The notes: a model not told the origin generated them from the sequence alone. 64,000 nt of DNA from Polyangiaceae bacterium (GCA_033763455.1 JANRKO010000006.1:640001-704000); one strand, 5' to 3'. Counted from the first letter of the stretch, positions 1 to 9,997 are shown. A program made the numbers and translations.

Positions 1-7
1 TGGACTA

Positions 8-793
8 GTGTTTGACGCAATGCCACAGTTTCGCTCCAAAGGGTTGGGCCAGGTATCTATCGACGGTGAGCCGTTGCCTAGGCGAGGGTTCGTCGGACTG
101 CTTGCGGCTTCGGGGGTTGCCCTTTGGGCACCGGGCGCCCAAGCGGCGGTTCGCGTGAAGGGGCTACTGCAGGGGGGCGAGTTGCTTCTGAATCCAGTCT
201 GGGAGGAAAGCCGCGACGCAGCTAACCATGGGTTCTCGTTTCGCGAACCGGTTCCAACGGTGCACGGGCGCTTTCGCAAGCTCTTCCCATACCTCCCACG
301 GGAAGTATGCGTCGCCCTCCTCGCTGAAGGAAAACAGGCCCCGATGCGTGCGATGGGAATTATCGTTGGCGGTGGCCGCACCGCCCCCGTAACCGTGGTG
401 GTGACTCCGGGAACGCGCCTTGATTTTCAAAACAAGGATCCGTTTGCTCACCGGCTCTACGGAATCAACGTGCCTAACTTCTCGCTATCAGATACCGCCA
501 AAGGTTCTGTGCGGCAGTGGTCAGTGCCTGGGCCGGGTACCTTTGAAATCCGCGACCAGTTAGCGCCGAGCCTACGAGCGTGGGTGGTGGGTGAACCCAA
601 CGTTGTTTCCCTCGTGTATCCAACCACGAAAGGCGAGTTTGCTCTTAGCGTGCCGGAGCCGGGTAACTACACCGTTCAGGCTTATTTTTGTGGAAAGAAG
701 ATCGGTGAAGGTCGGCCCGTAACGGTCCAAGCGCGTGACGTGGATCTGTCCAGAGCTCCAATCAGTTTGGTCCCCAGTTCCCCCACTCCTTAA
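8..793 (+). CDS. Exported cupredoxin-like / carboxypeptidase-regulatory-like domain protein
   Basis: 261-aa ORF; twin-arginine-like RRGFVGLLAA signal ending AQA; FQNKDPFAH and PGTFEIRDQLAPSLRAWVV resemble a cupredoxin-like fold followed by a GEFALSVPEPGNYTVQAY beta-sandwich. Start codon uncertain. Confidence 0.5.
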   Translation: MFDAMPQFRSKGLGQVSIDGEPLPRRGFVGLLAASGVALWAPGAQAAVRVKGLLQGGELLLNPVWEESRDAANHGFSFREPVPTVHGRFRKLFPYLPREVCVALLAEGKQAPMRAMGIIVGGGRTAPVTVVVTPGTRLDFQNKDPFAHRLYGINVPNFSLSDTAKGSVRQWSVPGPGTFEIRDQLAPSLRAWVVGEPNVVSLVYPTTKGEFALSVPEPGNYTVQAYFCGKKIGEGRPVTVQARDVDLSRAPISLVPSSPTP

Positions 794-819
794 GTTTTTC
801 CCTGAGTTACTGAGTTAAC

Positions 820-2478
820 ATGTTGCTTTCTCGCTTTTGGTATGGGGTCTTGGCGCTTGCGCTCGGCGCGCTCGTGTTTCTCTTGTCGCTGGCTACCAGT
901 GTGTACAATCGCGCTGAAGCCCGCGCAGTTGGGCAAGGGCTTTCTTCGGACAGTCAGGTGGTGGATTGGTATTTGCGGGCGGATGCTCGCATCCGCTCCG
1001 AACAGCTGATCCCGTTCGCTCTCAGTCCCTCGTTGCGCAAGGCTCTTCAAGCCTCAAGCCAGGATGAAAGCGGCGTTCCGCCAGAGGCACGCGAGGTTGC
1101 TGAGAAGGCCCTGAAGAAGGTGATGGAGTCGGCGACAGTTATAGAGGGCGGCCGGGCCAAGCCCGCCTTTGATGCGGTGTTCGCCGTTGACCAGCATGGG
1201 CGTGTGGTCGCGCAGCTGGGTTACGATCAAGGTGGGAAGGATTTCGAGTTGGGCGGTTACCCCATTGTGGCCGACGCACTCCACGGTTTTCTGCGCGACG
1301 ATACTCTGGTGCTTGACTACATTTACCGTGTTGTGGGGCGCCCCGTTGAGTACGACATGGGGCAGCTGCCAGCAGGCGCGGTGATTGGCGCTCGTATCGT
1401 CAACGATGCGTTCGCGCGCGAGCTGGCACAGCGCACAGGTGCCGCCGTAGCCTTCTATGTGAATGGCACGGTGAGTGCGCGCGCGAGCTACGACGTGGAA
1501 TCGGTGGACATGGCCGATCTCGATCAGCTCTTACCCGAACTTTCCAAGGTGGCTTCGGACAAGGACTACATGGAGAAGGGGCGCAGCCAGATCCGCACTG
1601 TTAACGGCCGGCTCCGCGCACAGTTTTCTCGAATGCCCGGGGAAGCCTGGAAGTTGGGCACGGGCTACGCGGTTGCGCGCAAGGCGAACTCGGTTGCGGG
1701 GATCTTCGGCTTCTTCAAGATGGCGGACGACAAGGATAAAGCACAGGCCAACGTTGCGGTGGTCGGGCTTATTGCGGTGGCTGCCGCTATCGTGGGGTTG
1801 CTTTTCAGCTTCCTTGAGCACACTCGGCCGCTGCAGGTTTTCCGAGCTGAAGCGAGCCGCTTGGCCAAGGGGCATAGCGATCAGCTCCAACCTAGTCGGT
1901 TCCGTGGGGCTTACCGCAAGATCGCCTCGGATCTTAATGATGGTATGGAGCTCATCGCAGCCAAGGGTGGTGCGCCACGCCGCGCTGCGGATCTTAGCCA
2001 AGTTTTAGGTGGCATACCTGATCAGCCTCAGATGAGCGCTTTCAGTTTGCCCGGTGACGGCGTGCCCACCTCGAGTCCAATCGCCGCTTCTGGCGAAGCC
2101 TCTAGGAACTTTCCAAAGGCTGCTGCCGCGGGGGCTCCCGGTAATCCACCAAAGCCGCCAGCCAAACGCTTGCCTCGGGCGCCCGGCGCGGCTCCGCAAA
2201 CTTCTGTAGCCGAGGAGGCCGGTCCGTCGGAGGCTGAGCTCGCGCCGACACCTGGGGCGGATCAGCAGGCGGAGTGGCGGGAAGTGTACAATGCTTTTGT
2301 GGCGACCAAGCAGCAGTGTGGCGAATCCGTAGATGGCTTCACCTTCGAGAAATTTCAGGAAACGCTGCGCAAAAATCGCGATGCTCTCATTGCGCGCCAT
2401 GGGGCGAGTCACGTGAAGTTCAGTGTTTACGTGAAGGATGGGCGTGCTGCCCTTAAAGCCAACCCGATTCGTGGCTAG
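820..2478 (+). CDS. MXAN_5187-family membrane protein (periplasmic Cache-like domain, HAMP-like linker, Pro-rich spacer, conserved C-terminal domain)
   Basis: Two TM segments flank a periplasmic domain; C-terminus FEKFQETLRKNRDALIARHG..VKFSVYVKDGRAALKA is typical of this myxobacterial family (recognised from memory). Confidence 0.7.
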   Translation: MLLSRFWYGVLALALGALVFLLSLATSVYNRAEARAVGQGLSSDSQVVDWYLRADARIRSEQLIPFALSPSLRKALQASSQDESGVPPEAREVAEKALKKVMESATVIEGGRAKPAFDAVFAVDQHGRVVAQLGYDQGGKDFELGGYPIVADALHGFLRDDTLVLDYIYRVVGRPVEYDMGQLPAGAVIGARIVNDAFARELAQRTGAAVAFYVNGTVSARASYDVESVDMADLDQLLPELSKVASDKDYMEKGRSQIRTVNGRLRAQFSRMPGEAWKLGTGYAVARKANSVAGIFGFFKMADDKDKAQANVAVVGLIAVAAAIVGLLFSFLEHTRPLQVFRAEASRLAKGHSDQLQPSRFRGAYRKIASDLNDGMELIAAKGGAPRRAADLSQVLGGIPDQPQMSAFSLPGDGVPTSSPIAASGEASRNFPKAAAAGAPGNPPKPPAKRLPRAPGAAPQTSVAEEAGPSEAELAPTPGADQQAEWREVYNAFVATKQQCGESVDGFTFEKFQETLRKNRDALIARHGASHVKFSVYVKDGRAALKANPIRG

Positions 2479-2588
2479 GCCGCCCGGATAGGCCCTTAAA
2501 TTCAGTCTTGAACGGCGGCGCCGGCCAATCTTAGCGTCAAGTCTCGACAGCCCGCGGGGGCCGCCCTAGACCGGCTTTGGAACCACTT

Positions 2589-3557
2589 ATGAGCGAAGCT
2601 AGACTCCACAACGTGATCATTATCGGTTCGGGGCCTGCGGGCCTTACTGCTGCCATTTACGCCGCTCGAGCCAACCTAAAGCCCCTCTGTGTCGAAGGCT
2701 TCAATGCAGGCGGCCTTATCCCCGGCGGGCAACTCATGTTTACCACTGAGGTGGAGAACTACCCGGGTTTTCCTAAGGGCATAGATGGCCAAGAGATGAT
2801 GGGAAAGTTCCGCGAGCAGGCCGTGAATCAGGGAGCGGAGCTCATCACGGCGGACGTTCAGAAGGTGGATTTCTCGTCGAGGCCTTTCAAAGTATGGGTG
2901 GGGGAGGGCGAGGATATTCTTCACCTGGCCAAGAGCGTGATCATCTCCACGGGCGCACGCGCCAACTACTTGGGGCTGGAAAGTGAGCACAAGCTAAAGA
3001 ACAAGGGCGTGAGTGCCTGCGCTGTGTGTGATGGCGCCCTTTTTCGCAAAGAAAATGTAGCCGTGGTCGGCGGAGGGGATACGGCGATCGAAGAGGCCAC
3101 CTACCTAGCCAGCGTCTGCCAGGGCGTCACCCTCATTCATCGTCGCGATGAATTTCGAGCGAGCAAAGCCATGCAAGATCGGGTGAAATCAAACCCGAAA
3201 ATCAAGCTTTTGATGAGTCACGCCGTCGAAGAGGTGCTCGGCGTGGAACAAGATCACGTTACTGGTTTGCGCGTTAAGGACCTGAAGACAGGATCTACTC
3301 GCGTATTGGAAGTGGGCGCGATGTTCGTAGCCATCGGGCACACTCCGATGACCGACCTGTTCCGAGGTCAGTTGGACGTTCATGAGAACGGCTATCTGAA
3401 GGTGCAGCCGGGCAGTACCAGAACGAATGTTGAAGGCGTGTTCGCGGCCGGCGATGTAGCGGATTTCGTGTATCGCCAGGCGGTCACCGCGGCAGGCACG
3501 GGGTGCATGGCGGCCCTTGATGCCGAACGTTGGTTGGCCGCTCAAGAAGCGCACTAG
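2589..3557 (+). CDS. trxB: Thioredoxin-disulfide reductase
   Basis: IIGSGPAGLTAAIY, CAVCDG redox motif, VGGGDTA, YRQAVTAAGTGC; ATG at 2589. Confidence 0.97.
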   Translation: MSEARLHNVIIIGSGPAGLTAAIYAARANLKPLCVEGFNAGGLIPGGQLMFTTEVENYPGFPKGIDGQEMMGKFREQAVNQGAELITADVQKVDFSSRPFKVWVGEGEDILHLAKSVIISTGARANYLGLESEHKLKNKGVSACAVCDGALFRKENVAVVGGGDTAIEEATYLASVCQGVTLIHRRDEFRASKAMQDRVKSNPKIKLLMSHAVEEVLGVEQDHVTGLRVKDLKTGSTRVLEVGAMFVAIGHTPMTDLFRGQLDVHENGYLKVQPGSTRTNVEGVFAAGDVADFVYRQAVTAAGTGCMAALDAERWLAAQEAH

Positions 3558-3559
3558 AC

Positions 3560-4465
3560 ATGTCGACCGCCACCCACGTGTACGGGAGCCCAGCGTCGGA
3601 CACGCGACGGGGCGAAGATCCGGACGTTGGGGAGCTCACGGAGCTAACACGTTCCCTACTCGCTCACGTTGAATGGCAGCGAGCGACGGGGGCTACGGGG
3701 TTGCCTCGGGCATCGGCCCAGCTTTCTAATTCTCGGCTACCCGCAGAAATAGGCGAGGTGCCTCCTACGGCACGCGGCGCTGTGCCGGCCCCGTCCGAAA
3801 GCTTGGGCCCAGCACGCTTGCCCGTTGCGCCCGCACCGGAGTCGCGTGCAGGGCTGGGGGGAGCCTTGGCGGATCAGTCAGCTCGAAGTGCCCGGCTTTT
3901 GGTTTTGGCGCAGGAGGTCTCCGGCTGTGCACGGTGCGGGCTGCACGAGGGGCGCACTCAGACTGTCTTTTCGCGTGGAACGGGCAGCTCGGGCGTGTGC
4001 TTTGTGGGTGAAGGCCCAGGGGCGGACGAAGATGCTCAAGGCTTCCCCTTTGTTGGAGCTGCCGGCCAACTTCTGGATCGCATGATAGGTGCGATGGGGC
4101 TTGGTCGGGAGGACGTGTACGTGTGCAATATTGTGAAGTGTCGCCCGCCCAACAATCGCAAGCCTTCGCCAGATGAAATGCGCGCTTGTTCTCCCTATCT
4201 GACGGAACAATTGGATCTGATTGCGCCCAAGGTGATTGTGGCTTTGGGTGCCACGGCTGTAGAAGGCCTGCTCGGGGCAAGCGGCGGTATCACTCGAATC
4301 CGCGGAACGTTTCGGCTCTACAAAGGTCGGATCCCGGTGATGCCGACCTTTCACCCCGCATACCTATTGAGAACGCCGGAAGCGAAACGCGAAGTCTGGA
4401 GTGATCTCCAGGCGGTGATGAAGCACCTCGGGCTCGGCGCGGTGCCTGGCCCCAAAGGGGCCTGA
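3560..4465 (+). CDS. Uracil-DNA glycosylase family 4 (Fe-S) with N-terminal low-complexity extension
   Basis: CARCGL, VGEGPGADED..G.PFVG, NIVKCRPPNNR, TFHPAYLLR motifs. Confidence 0.93.
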   Translation: MSTATHVYGSPASDTRRGEDPDVGELTELTRSLLAHVEWQRATGATGLPRASAQLSNSRLPAEIGEVPPTARGAVPAPSESLGPARLPVAPAPESRAGLGGALADQSARSARLLVLAQEVSGCARCGLHEGRTQTVFSRGTGSSGVCFVGEGPGADEDAQGFPFVGAAGQLLDRMIGAMGLGREDVYVCNIVKCRPPNNRKPSPDEMRACSPYLTEQLDLIAPKVIVALGATAVEGLLGASGGITRIRGTFRLYKGRIPVMPTFHPAYLLRTPEAKREVWSDLQAVMKHLGLGAVPGPKGA

Positions 4466-4571
4466 CGTTCCGCGCCTCTTACCTTAGCGTGGCCGTTGCG
4501 TTTCTATTCTAGCCGTGCGAGTGGCATCCTAGCAGTGCTCGATTATCCAAACCAGGCGGCTACTCTATTCC

Positions 4572-6281
4572 TCACTTAGTCTGAAATCTTCCGCAGACAG
4601 CCTCTAGTCCAACAACCAAGCCCCCTTCTTCCCAAGTGTTGAGTCCAGTGACGTAACCTCCCAACGGGCACACCATCGTTTTGGGTGTGCCCCCTCCGCC
4701 ACCCGCAAAACCCGCGGGCACCGGTGTGGCGGTCGAACCTAAAGATCTGCACAGGGGGGAAACTGAGTCGATGAAGCTGCCGCCTGCGACGGTCATTCCG
4801 ACCACTAACTTGCCAGCCGGGCAACTGAGATTAAAGTGCGTACCACCTGCGCCTCCCACAAATGGGACGAGCGGGTATGGTGAGGTGAGTGGCCCCGTTA
4901 TGGTTTTTATCGACTGACAAGTTCCGCCGATGCGGTCAATATAAACACCAGCGCGGCCAATTACGGCATTCATCGCGCCACCCCAAGCACATCGAGAACG
5001 TCTCGAGATGCTGTTGAGCCCGAACTTGTTACCCCAAGTGGTAGTCGCCGTACCTCCATCGAACGAAGTTCGCGGGAAATCGCAGGTAAGGCGGATGTCC
5101 GAAGCACCGTAGCCGAATCCGCTTCCTCCGCCCGTGAGCCCGATGGTCCGCACCGCCATGCCCAAAGGGCACACCCTACTCACAGCGTTGTTCAAGTTGC
5201 CAACATTATTCCCTTGAACAGCCGAGAGTACCGTCTGGGAATTTGTGTTTGATATCGGAGCACATATGGCACTCAATTTCCCGAGGTAGAGGCTGCCCGA
5301 GACGCCAACGAGCACCTGTCCTGATGGGCAGGCTGATGTCGTTAGGCCCGCCGTCGCGTCGCCGATAACTTCGGATCCTGACCCACCACCCTCGCACACC
5401 ACACCGAGAGCCCCAACGTCGGACCATTCGGCGGTACGGGGCGTGGCAGCATGGCGGGTAAGGCCGATCTGGAGCCCGTTTACAAAGCTTGAAGTACAAC
5501 CAATCTCTCTCGCTGAGTACTTTGTTGGGTTCGTAACGCCTTGCGTCCACCCGTGCTCATTTAGCACTTCAAGCTCAATGGTGCTCTTCGACGTGAATCC
5601 GCGGGTGCGACTTTCAGCTGCGGGGATGTTGTTGGACGTTTCAATGCATCTACCGACCCGCACCGGTACGCTGGAGTCGAAGCCAGGTGTGAACGCATCG
5701 TCCTCGTGCGAGTAGCCTCGGTTGTGCATGATTTCGTGCGCCATTACAGCGGCGATTTGCGCGGTGGTCGTCGCCGGATTGTTGAGGAATTGTATACTCA
5801 GCGAAACATCGTCAGTGCCCGCGGGCGCCCAGCTGGCACATCCGCTAAAGTTGGTATTCGCATCGGGCCCGCAAGTCGACGAAAACACGTTGACGCACCG
5901 TATCGTTGTGGCGGTGTTGTTGTTGAGCGCGTAGAAAACGGCGTCTGAGTCCTTACCCATAAATGACTCGTTCAAGCAGGTCCGAAGCCGTGGAACTCCC
6001 GCTCCGTCTGTCTCCGATATGCGTGTCGTGAGGAAACTCCCCGCCAGCAGCAGCTTATCCTTTTGTGGTTGCGAGCATCCCACGAAGGCCACTAGATTGT
6101 TGTTGAACTCCTGAAATACGGCGGCCGGCTCCCCCGGATCATCCCATGACGCCGGGCTCCCTCCGCAGGATGCCAGGCATAGACTGACAAACAGACCTGG
6201 CATGTGCTTGAACCGACTCACGCCAGCTGCACCTTTCGTGCTGACGCGTTTTGCGTCCTGTTTTTTCCCGTACACTTTCAT
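4572..6281 (-). CDS. Putative lipoprotein: zinc metallopeptidase (HEXXHXXGXXH) plus tandem beta-prism (jacalin/VOMI-like) repeats
   Basis: AGGAG RBS before ATG at 6281; LASC lipobox-like; HEIMHNRGYSH; six Cys-bounded repeats of the type CPxGxxxxG...IDxxxxxC. Confidence 0.65.
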   Translation of the reverse strand: MKVYGKKQDAKRVSTKGAAGVSRFKHMPGLFVSLCLASCGGSPASWDDPGEPAAVFQEFNNNLVAFVGCSQPQKDKLLLAGSFLTTRISETDGAGVPRLRTCLNESFMGKDSDAVFYALNNNTATTIRCVNVFSSTCGPDANTNFSGCASWAPAGTDDVSLSIQFLNNPATTTAQIAAVMAHEIMHNRGYSHEDDAFTPGFDSSVPVRVGRCIETSNNIPAAESRTRGFTSKSTIELEVLNEHGWTQGVTNPTKYSAREIGCTSSFVNGLQIGLTRHAATPRTAEWSDVGALGVVCEGGGSGSEVIGDATAGLTTSACPSGQVLVGVSGSLYLGKLSAICAPISNTNSQTVLSAVQGNNVGNLNNAVSRVCPLGMAVRTIGLTGGGSGFGYGASDIRLTCDFPRTSFDGGTATTTWGNKFGLNSISRRSRCAWGGAMNAVIGRAGVYIDRIGGTCQSIKTITGPLTSPYPLVPFVGGAGGTHFNLSCPAGKLVVGMTVAGGSFIDSVSPLCRSLGSTATPVPAGFAGGGGGTPKTMVCPLGGYVTGLNTWEEGGLVVGLEAVCGRFQTK

Positions 6282-6660
6282 GATAACTCCTATCTCGAAT
6301 GCGAAATGTCTGAGTGAACCGCGGAAGTGCGGCTCAAGTGAGAAGAGGGGCATCCCACGACATGCTGGTAACCTGCAACCCTTGGTCGTCGCGTGGCAAA
6401 CCCTGAAGTACGCGCACGGCACTCGCTGCTGCTTACGGCGGCTAGAAATCGGCGTAAGGGGGATAGCTAGGGCGCTGGCCGGCCGGTAGGTGGCCGCCAT
6501 TCGCGGCCTCGAGGAATTTTTTTCGGGGCTCACGAGGTGCCGTCCAAGCGGTCGCCTCCGGCGGCCAACTAATACCAGAGGCCTTTCATGCTGAAACCAC
6601 TCCCGCTTTGATGCGGAGGTTCCATACAAGTGCGCATCCCTTCCCAAAACGAGGTACGGC

Positions 6661-8514
6661 CTAAAGCCCGTACACTGCGCCGAGCGAAGGCTCGATAACG
6701 AGGCCCGAGGTTGGCAGCATGATCATGGCGTTGATGTTAAGCTGTAGCCCGAATCTCGGGCCGAGCTTGTACATGGCACCGCCGCCGAGCGTGACGAAGC
6801 CTTGGCCCATCTTCCTATACGCGTCGACGTCGTCACCGGCGCTTTGGAGGAACGCAGTTTGGTTGGCTTCTACGGCCCCGTTCACGCACTTCTGGAAAGG
6901 GGTTGCAATGTTTTTTCCCTTGTTGATTGGATCATTGACGGGATCTTTCAGCTGATTGCAATCCCGCACGCCTTTGATCTGCAACTTGGCGTCGACCTGG
7001 GCCAGGCCGCCACCCAGGTGAATGTACGGCAAGAGACCTGTTGCCGAGAGTGAACGGATCCAGAATACGCCGCGCCCCTCGGCGTGGTATGGGAGGAACG
7101 GATTTCCGAGCTTGGCACCTTCGCCGGCTAGAGCGTTTTCGTCCTTCTTGCCAGCGGGTGGGCCGCCCCCGATCGCGTAACCCGCACGCACCCCGAGCGT
7201 CAGGTGATCCATAAAGGCGCGGTCATAGCTTATGAGCAAACGTGTCGTGGCTAGCACAACGCCCGAGGGAGCATTGCTATCTCCCGGAAAGGGTTCGCCG
7301 ACGTAGGGAGTGTCAGACCCCGATTGGAAGCACGAGAAACCCTCCGCTGTTCCCCCCGCTGCCTGATAGTCAGCAACACACACGTCGTTGCCGCCGATAG
7401 ACGAGAAATCCTGCGCGATATGCAGACCGAACAGGTTCTTGTTGTACGGCTTCTCGTCACCCTCGTCCAAAGCGGCGGCGCACTTTCCGGCATCGCACAC
7501 GTTCGTTGGGCAGTCAGAATCCGTGGTGCAGCTAGGGGCGGTTTCACAGCCACCATCAATACAGAGGAGCCCACACTTGCACTCGCCAGAGCCTGCACAG
7601 GAGGCTCCCCAGTCTTTGTCACCGCACATGCCGCCGCTGCTGCTAGCCTTAGAAGCACTTCCGCAGCCTGGAAAATCAGGTGGGCACTCCACCTCTTCGG
7701 CGCAACGAGCCGGAGGCTTCTCACCAGGATAAGATGGCGGCTCAGCCTGAACTTCCTGCGCCACCTGAAAAACCAACGGCTTGCTCTTGCTTCCTAGGCT
7801 ATCGACCAAATCATCCCCTGAATCGAGCGCGCGGACGTATACATTCAGGGTGCCAACAACCTTGGTAGCTCCGCAGGGCACCAGCCCACGAAACTCATCC
7901 CCCACCTTCTGCATGGTGGCCGTTTTCCACTTCCCGCCATACTCTTTGTAGCGGATCTCCATGCGGGCCGCGCTCTCATCGGTGGAGCAGGACATCGGAA
8001 TGGCTCGTCGCGTCTGCACCTCGCGGACATCCGGGCTGCAGACCATGCTGCCTTCGCCCTCATCTTTCGCGGCGGGCGGGGGCTTGGCGGCGTCCGTTGC
8101 GGCTGGCGCGGGTGTGGTTGCGGCCGGTGCGGCAGCTCCGCCAGCTGCAAGGAAGGTTGCCTTTACCTCGGGGGTTGCCAAGGTTTCGTCGAGGGCGACG
8201 TTTCCGTCTATTGCGAGTGCCTTGGTGAAGGCTTCCGTCGCGCCCTGCGTGTCCTGTTTGCCGCTCCCGCGAACGAGCCCCACGTACATCCATGCTTTGG
8301 CGATCGTCGCAGGGCTGCACTTGTCGTCACAGGCGATGATGGTGCCCGTGAGCACCGCCTCGGCCTTGTCGAATTCGGTCGCCAAGTAGTGCTGGTTGAT
8401 CGCCTCGTCGATCTTCTGGAGCGCGGCTTTTTCTCGTGGGTATTGAGCCAAAACGGGGCTTACAACCAATAACACGAGGAAGGGAAGTAGTCGGATCAGG
8501 GATTTGCGGTGCAC
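6661..8514 (-). CDS. Secreted/outer-membrane protein: TPR-like N-terminus, Ig-like domain, Cys-rich region, C-terminal beta-barrel
   Basis: GGAG then GTG at 8514; signal peptide ending VLA; TPR-like helices; dense Cys cluster; alternating amphipathic strands ending in GAVYGL. Confidence 0.6.
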   Translation of the reverse strand: MHRKSLIRLLPFLVLLVVSPVLAQYPREKAALQKIDEAINQHYLATEFDKAEAVLTGTIIACDDKCSPATIAKAWMYVGLVRGSGKQDTQGATEAFTKALAIDGNVALDETLATPEVKATFLAAGGAAAPAATTPAPAATDAAKPPPAAKDEGEGSMVCSPDVREVQTRRAIPMSCSTDESAARMEIRYKEYGGKWKTATMQKVGDEFRGLVPCGATKVVGTLNVYVRALDSGDDLVDSLGSKSKPLVFQVAQEVQAEPPSYPGEKPPARCAEEVECPPDFPGCGSASKASSSGGMCGDKDWGASCAGSGECKCGLLCIDGGCETAPSCTTDSDCPTNVCDAGKCAAALDEGDEKPYNKNLFGLHIAQDFSSIGGNDVCVADYQAAGGTAEGFSCFQSGSDTPYVGEPFPGDSNAPSGVVLATTRLLISYDRAFMDHLTLGVRAGYAIGGGPPAGKKDENALAGEGAKLGNPFLPYHAEGRGVFWIRSLSATGLLPYIHLGGGLAQVDAKLQIKGVRDCNQLKDPVNDPINKGKNIATPFQKCVNGAVEANQTAFLQSAGDDVDAYRKMGQGFVTLGGGAMYKLGPRFGLQLNINAMIMLPTSGLVIEPSLGAVYGL

Positions 8515-8552
8515 GTGGGGTCTCCGTGATGGATGCAAAAAGGGGACGAAAC

Positions 8553-9698
8553 TCAGCCGCCGGTTTTGGGACAACCTTCCTTCACGCCCTCGGTTCTCAC
8601 GAATTGAACGCGGCGATTGAGCGCCATGTTCTCAGCGGAGTCGTTGGGTAGAAGGGGGCGGTCCATGCCGTAGCCTTTGGAGGTGAGACGCTCAGGAGGA
8701 ACGCCTTTAGACGTAAGATATTTCATGACCGAAGCGGCGCGCTGATCGCTCAAGCGCTTGTTGTAAGCAGCGCCACCTTTGTTGTCTGTGTGGCCTTGGA
8801 CCTCAAGCTTGAGCTCGGGGTTGCGCTCCAGGACCTCCTTGACCGCGTCTAGCACGGGGAAGCTCTCAGGGCGGATAACTGCCTTGTTGAATGCGAAATG
8901 GATCTGCTGGGTGATCTTGACTTCGCAATCGGTGACGACAGCCAGCGCCGGCTTGCTTGGGCAACCCTTCGGATCGCCGTCTGCAGGTCCGATTTCATTG
9001 GGACATTGGTCGTTAATATCCAAGACTTCGTCCCTATCGTTGTCCGAATCAGGGCAGCCGTCCGCGTCCTGGAAGCCGTCCATATCTTCAGGCTCGTTGG
9101 GACACTTGTCTTGTGCATCCACGAGGCCGTCCAGATCGTTGTCCACCTCTGGGCAACCATCCTCGTCGAGGTATGTATCCTTGTCTTCAGGCTCAAGCTG
9201 GCACGCATCCACCGAATCCGCCAGACCATCACCGTCTGTGTCTGCGTCGTCGGGGCAGCCATCTTGATCTTCGAAGCCGTTGAAGTTCTCCGGCTGCTCC
9301 GGGCACTTATCGTCAGGATCGAGATACCCGTCCCCGTCTTTATCCCCTGGCTGAGCTTTTGGCAGCGGCTTCGACTCCACGAAGGCCCGCTCAGCGCAGT
9401 ATTGCGGTGGTGAAAGAAACTGGGAGGCATGGGCGTTCGCCTCAGCCTTCCAGAGATGAGCCTCAGCCTTTGAAATGAAGCCTTGATCTAGCTCCAACTC
9501 GGCAAATTGAAGCTGGCTCTTAGCGATGGCCAACTCGCGCGGAGCGCAACGGATAGCCCCATTTCGCTCCGCCTGTTCGGCAATCTGCCGAAGCCCTGCA
9601 ATTTGCCCTCGCAGCTGGCCGCCCGCGCTACACGCGAACACTACGCAAACGGAGAGCGCAAGCGTTGCACGCGAGAGCACGATATGGGTACGCTTCAT
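8553..9698 (-). CDS. OmpA-family lipoprotein with DUF4398 domain and thrombospondin type-3 (Ca-binding) repeats
   Basis: VFAC lipobox; repeated DxDGDG..D..DKCP..PED..DGCPD; OmpA motifs IHFAFNKA, VQGHTD..G...YNKRLS.QRA, NRRVQF. Confidence 0.9.
   Translation of the reverse strand: MKRTHIVLSRATLALSVCVVFACSAGGQLRGQIAGLRQIAEQAERNGAIRCAPRELAIAKSQLQFAELELDQGFISKAEAHLWKAEANAHASQFLSPPQYCAERAFVESKPLPKAQPGDKDGDGYLDPDDKCPEQPENFNGFEDQDGCPDDADTDGDGLADSVDACQLEPEDKDTYLDEDGCPEVDNDLDGLVDAQDKCPNEPEDMDGFQDADGCPDSDNDRDEVLDINDQCPNEIGPADGDPKGCPSKPALAVVTDCEVKITQQIHFAFNKAVIRPESFPVLDAVKEVLERNPELKLEVQGHTDNKGGAAYNKRLSDQRAASVMKYLTSKGVPPERLTSKGYGMDRPLLPNDSAENMALNRRVQFVRTEGVKEGCPKTGG
8965..9345 (-). repeat. About four tandem TSP3-like repeats (~33 aa) within the OmpA protein
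   Basis: DKDGDGYLDPDDKCP / DTDGDGLADSVDACQ / DNDLDGLVDAQDKCP / DNDRDEVLDINDQCP; boundaries approximate. Confidence 0.8.
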
Positions 9699-9997
9699 CG
9701 GCCTGCTCCGCGATGTGCCTCGCGTGCGAAAGAGATGGCCTTATCAGCGTACTCTTCACTGACGCTCGCTAGATCGATTGCGTCGCCGTAATCCGCTTCG
9801 GCGGCTTCTGATTGAGCTTTTTCCAGGTGCTCCTTGGCGATGTAATACTCATACGGGGCCAGGCGCTCCGCACCGAGCTCATGCGCTTGTTCGAGCTTGG
9901 TAGCCGCAGCGTTAATTCGCACCGAATACAGAGCATTGCCGCAGCCAAAAAGCAGCGTACAGGCGCATGCTAGCGCGGCGGGCACCGCCCAGGACAT
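9695..9997 (-). CDS. DUF4398-family lipoprotein
   Basis: LFGC lipobox; A..LGAERLAPYEY..A..HLEKA pattern; ATGA overlap with the ompA gene. Start could lie upstream (ORF open to 10120). Confidence 0.75.
   Translation of the reverse strand: MSWAVPAALACACTLLFGCGNALYSVRINAAATKLEQAHELGAERLAPYEYYIAKEHLEKAQSEAAEADYGDAIDLASVSEEYADKAISFAREAHRGAGR

Noticed and set aside
6282..6660. Long N-terminal extension of the metzincin ORF, and a GGCAAACC resembling a c-di-GMP-I riboswitch
   Set aside because: The extension translates to atypical sequence and a clear AGGAG RBS precedes 6281. The motif is on the wrong strand and lacks the downstream GCAAA stem.
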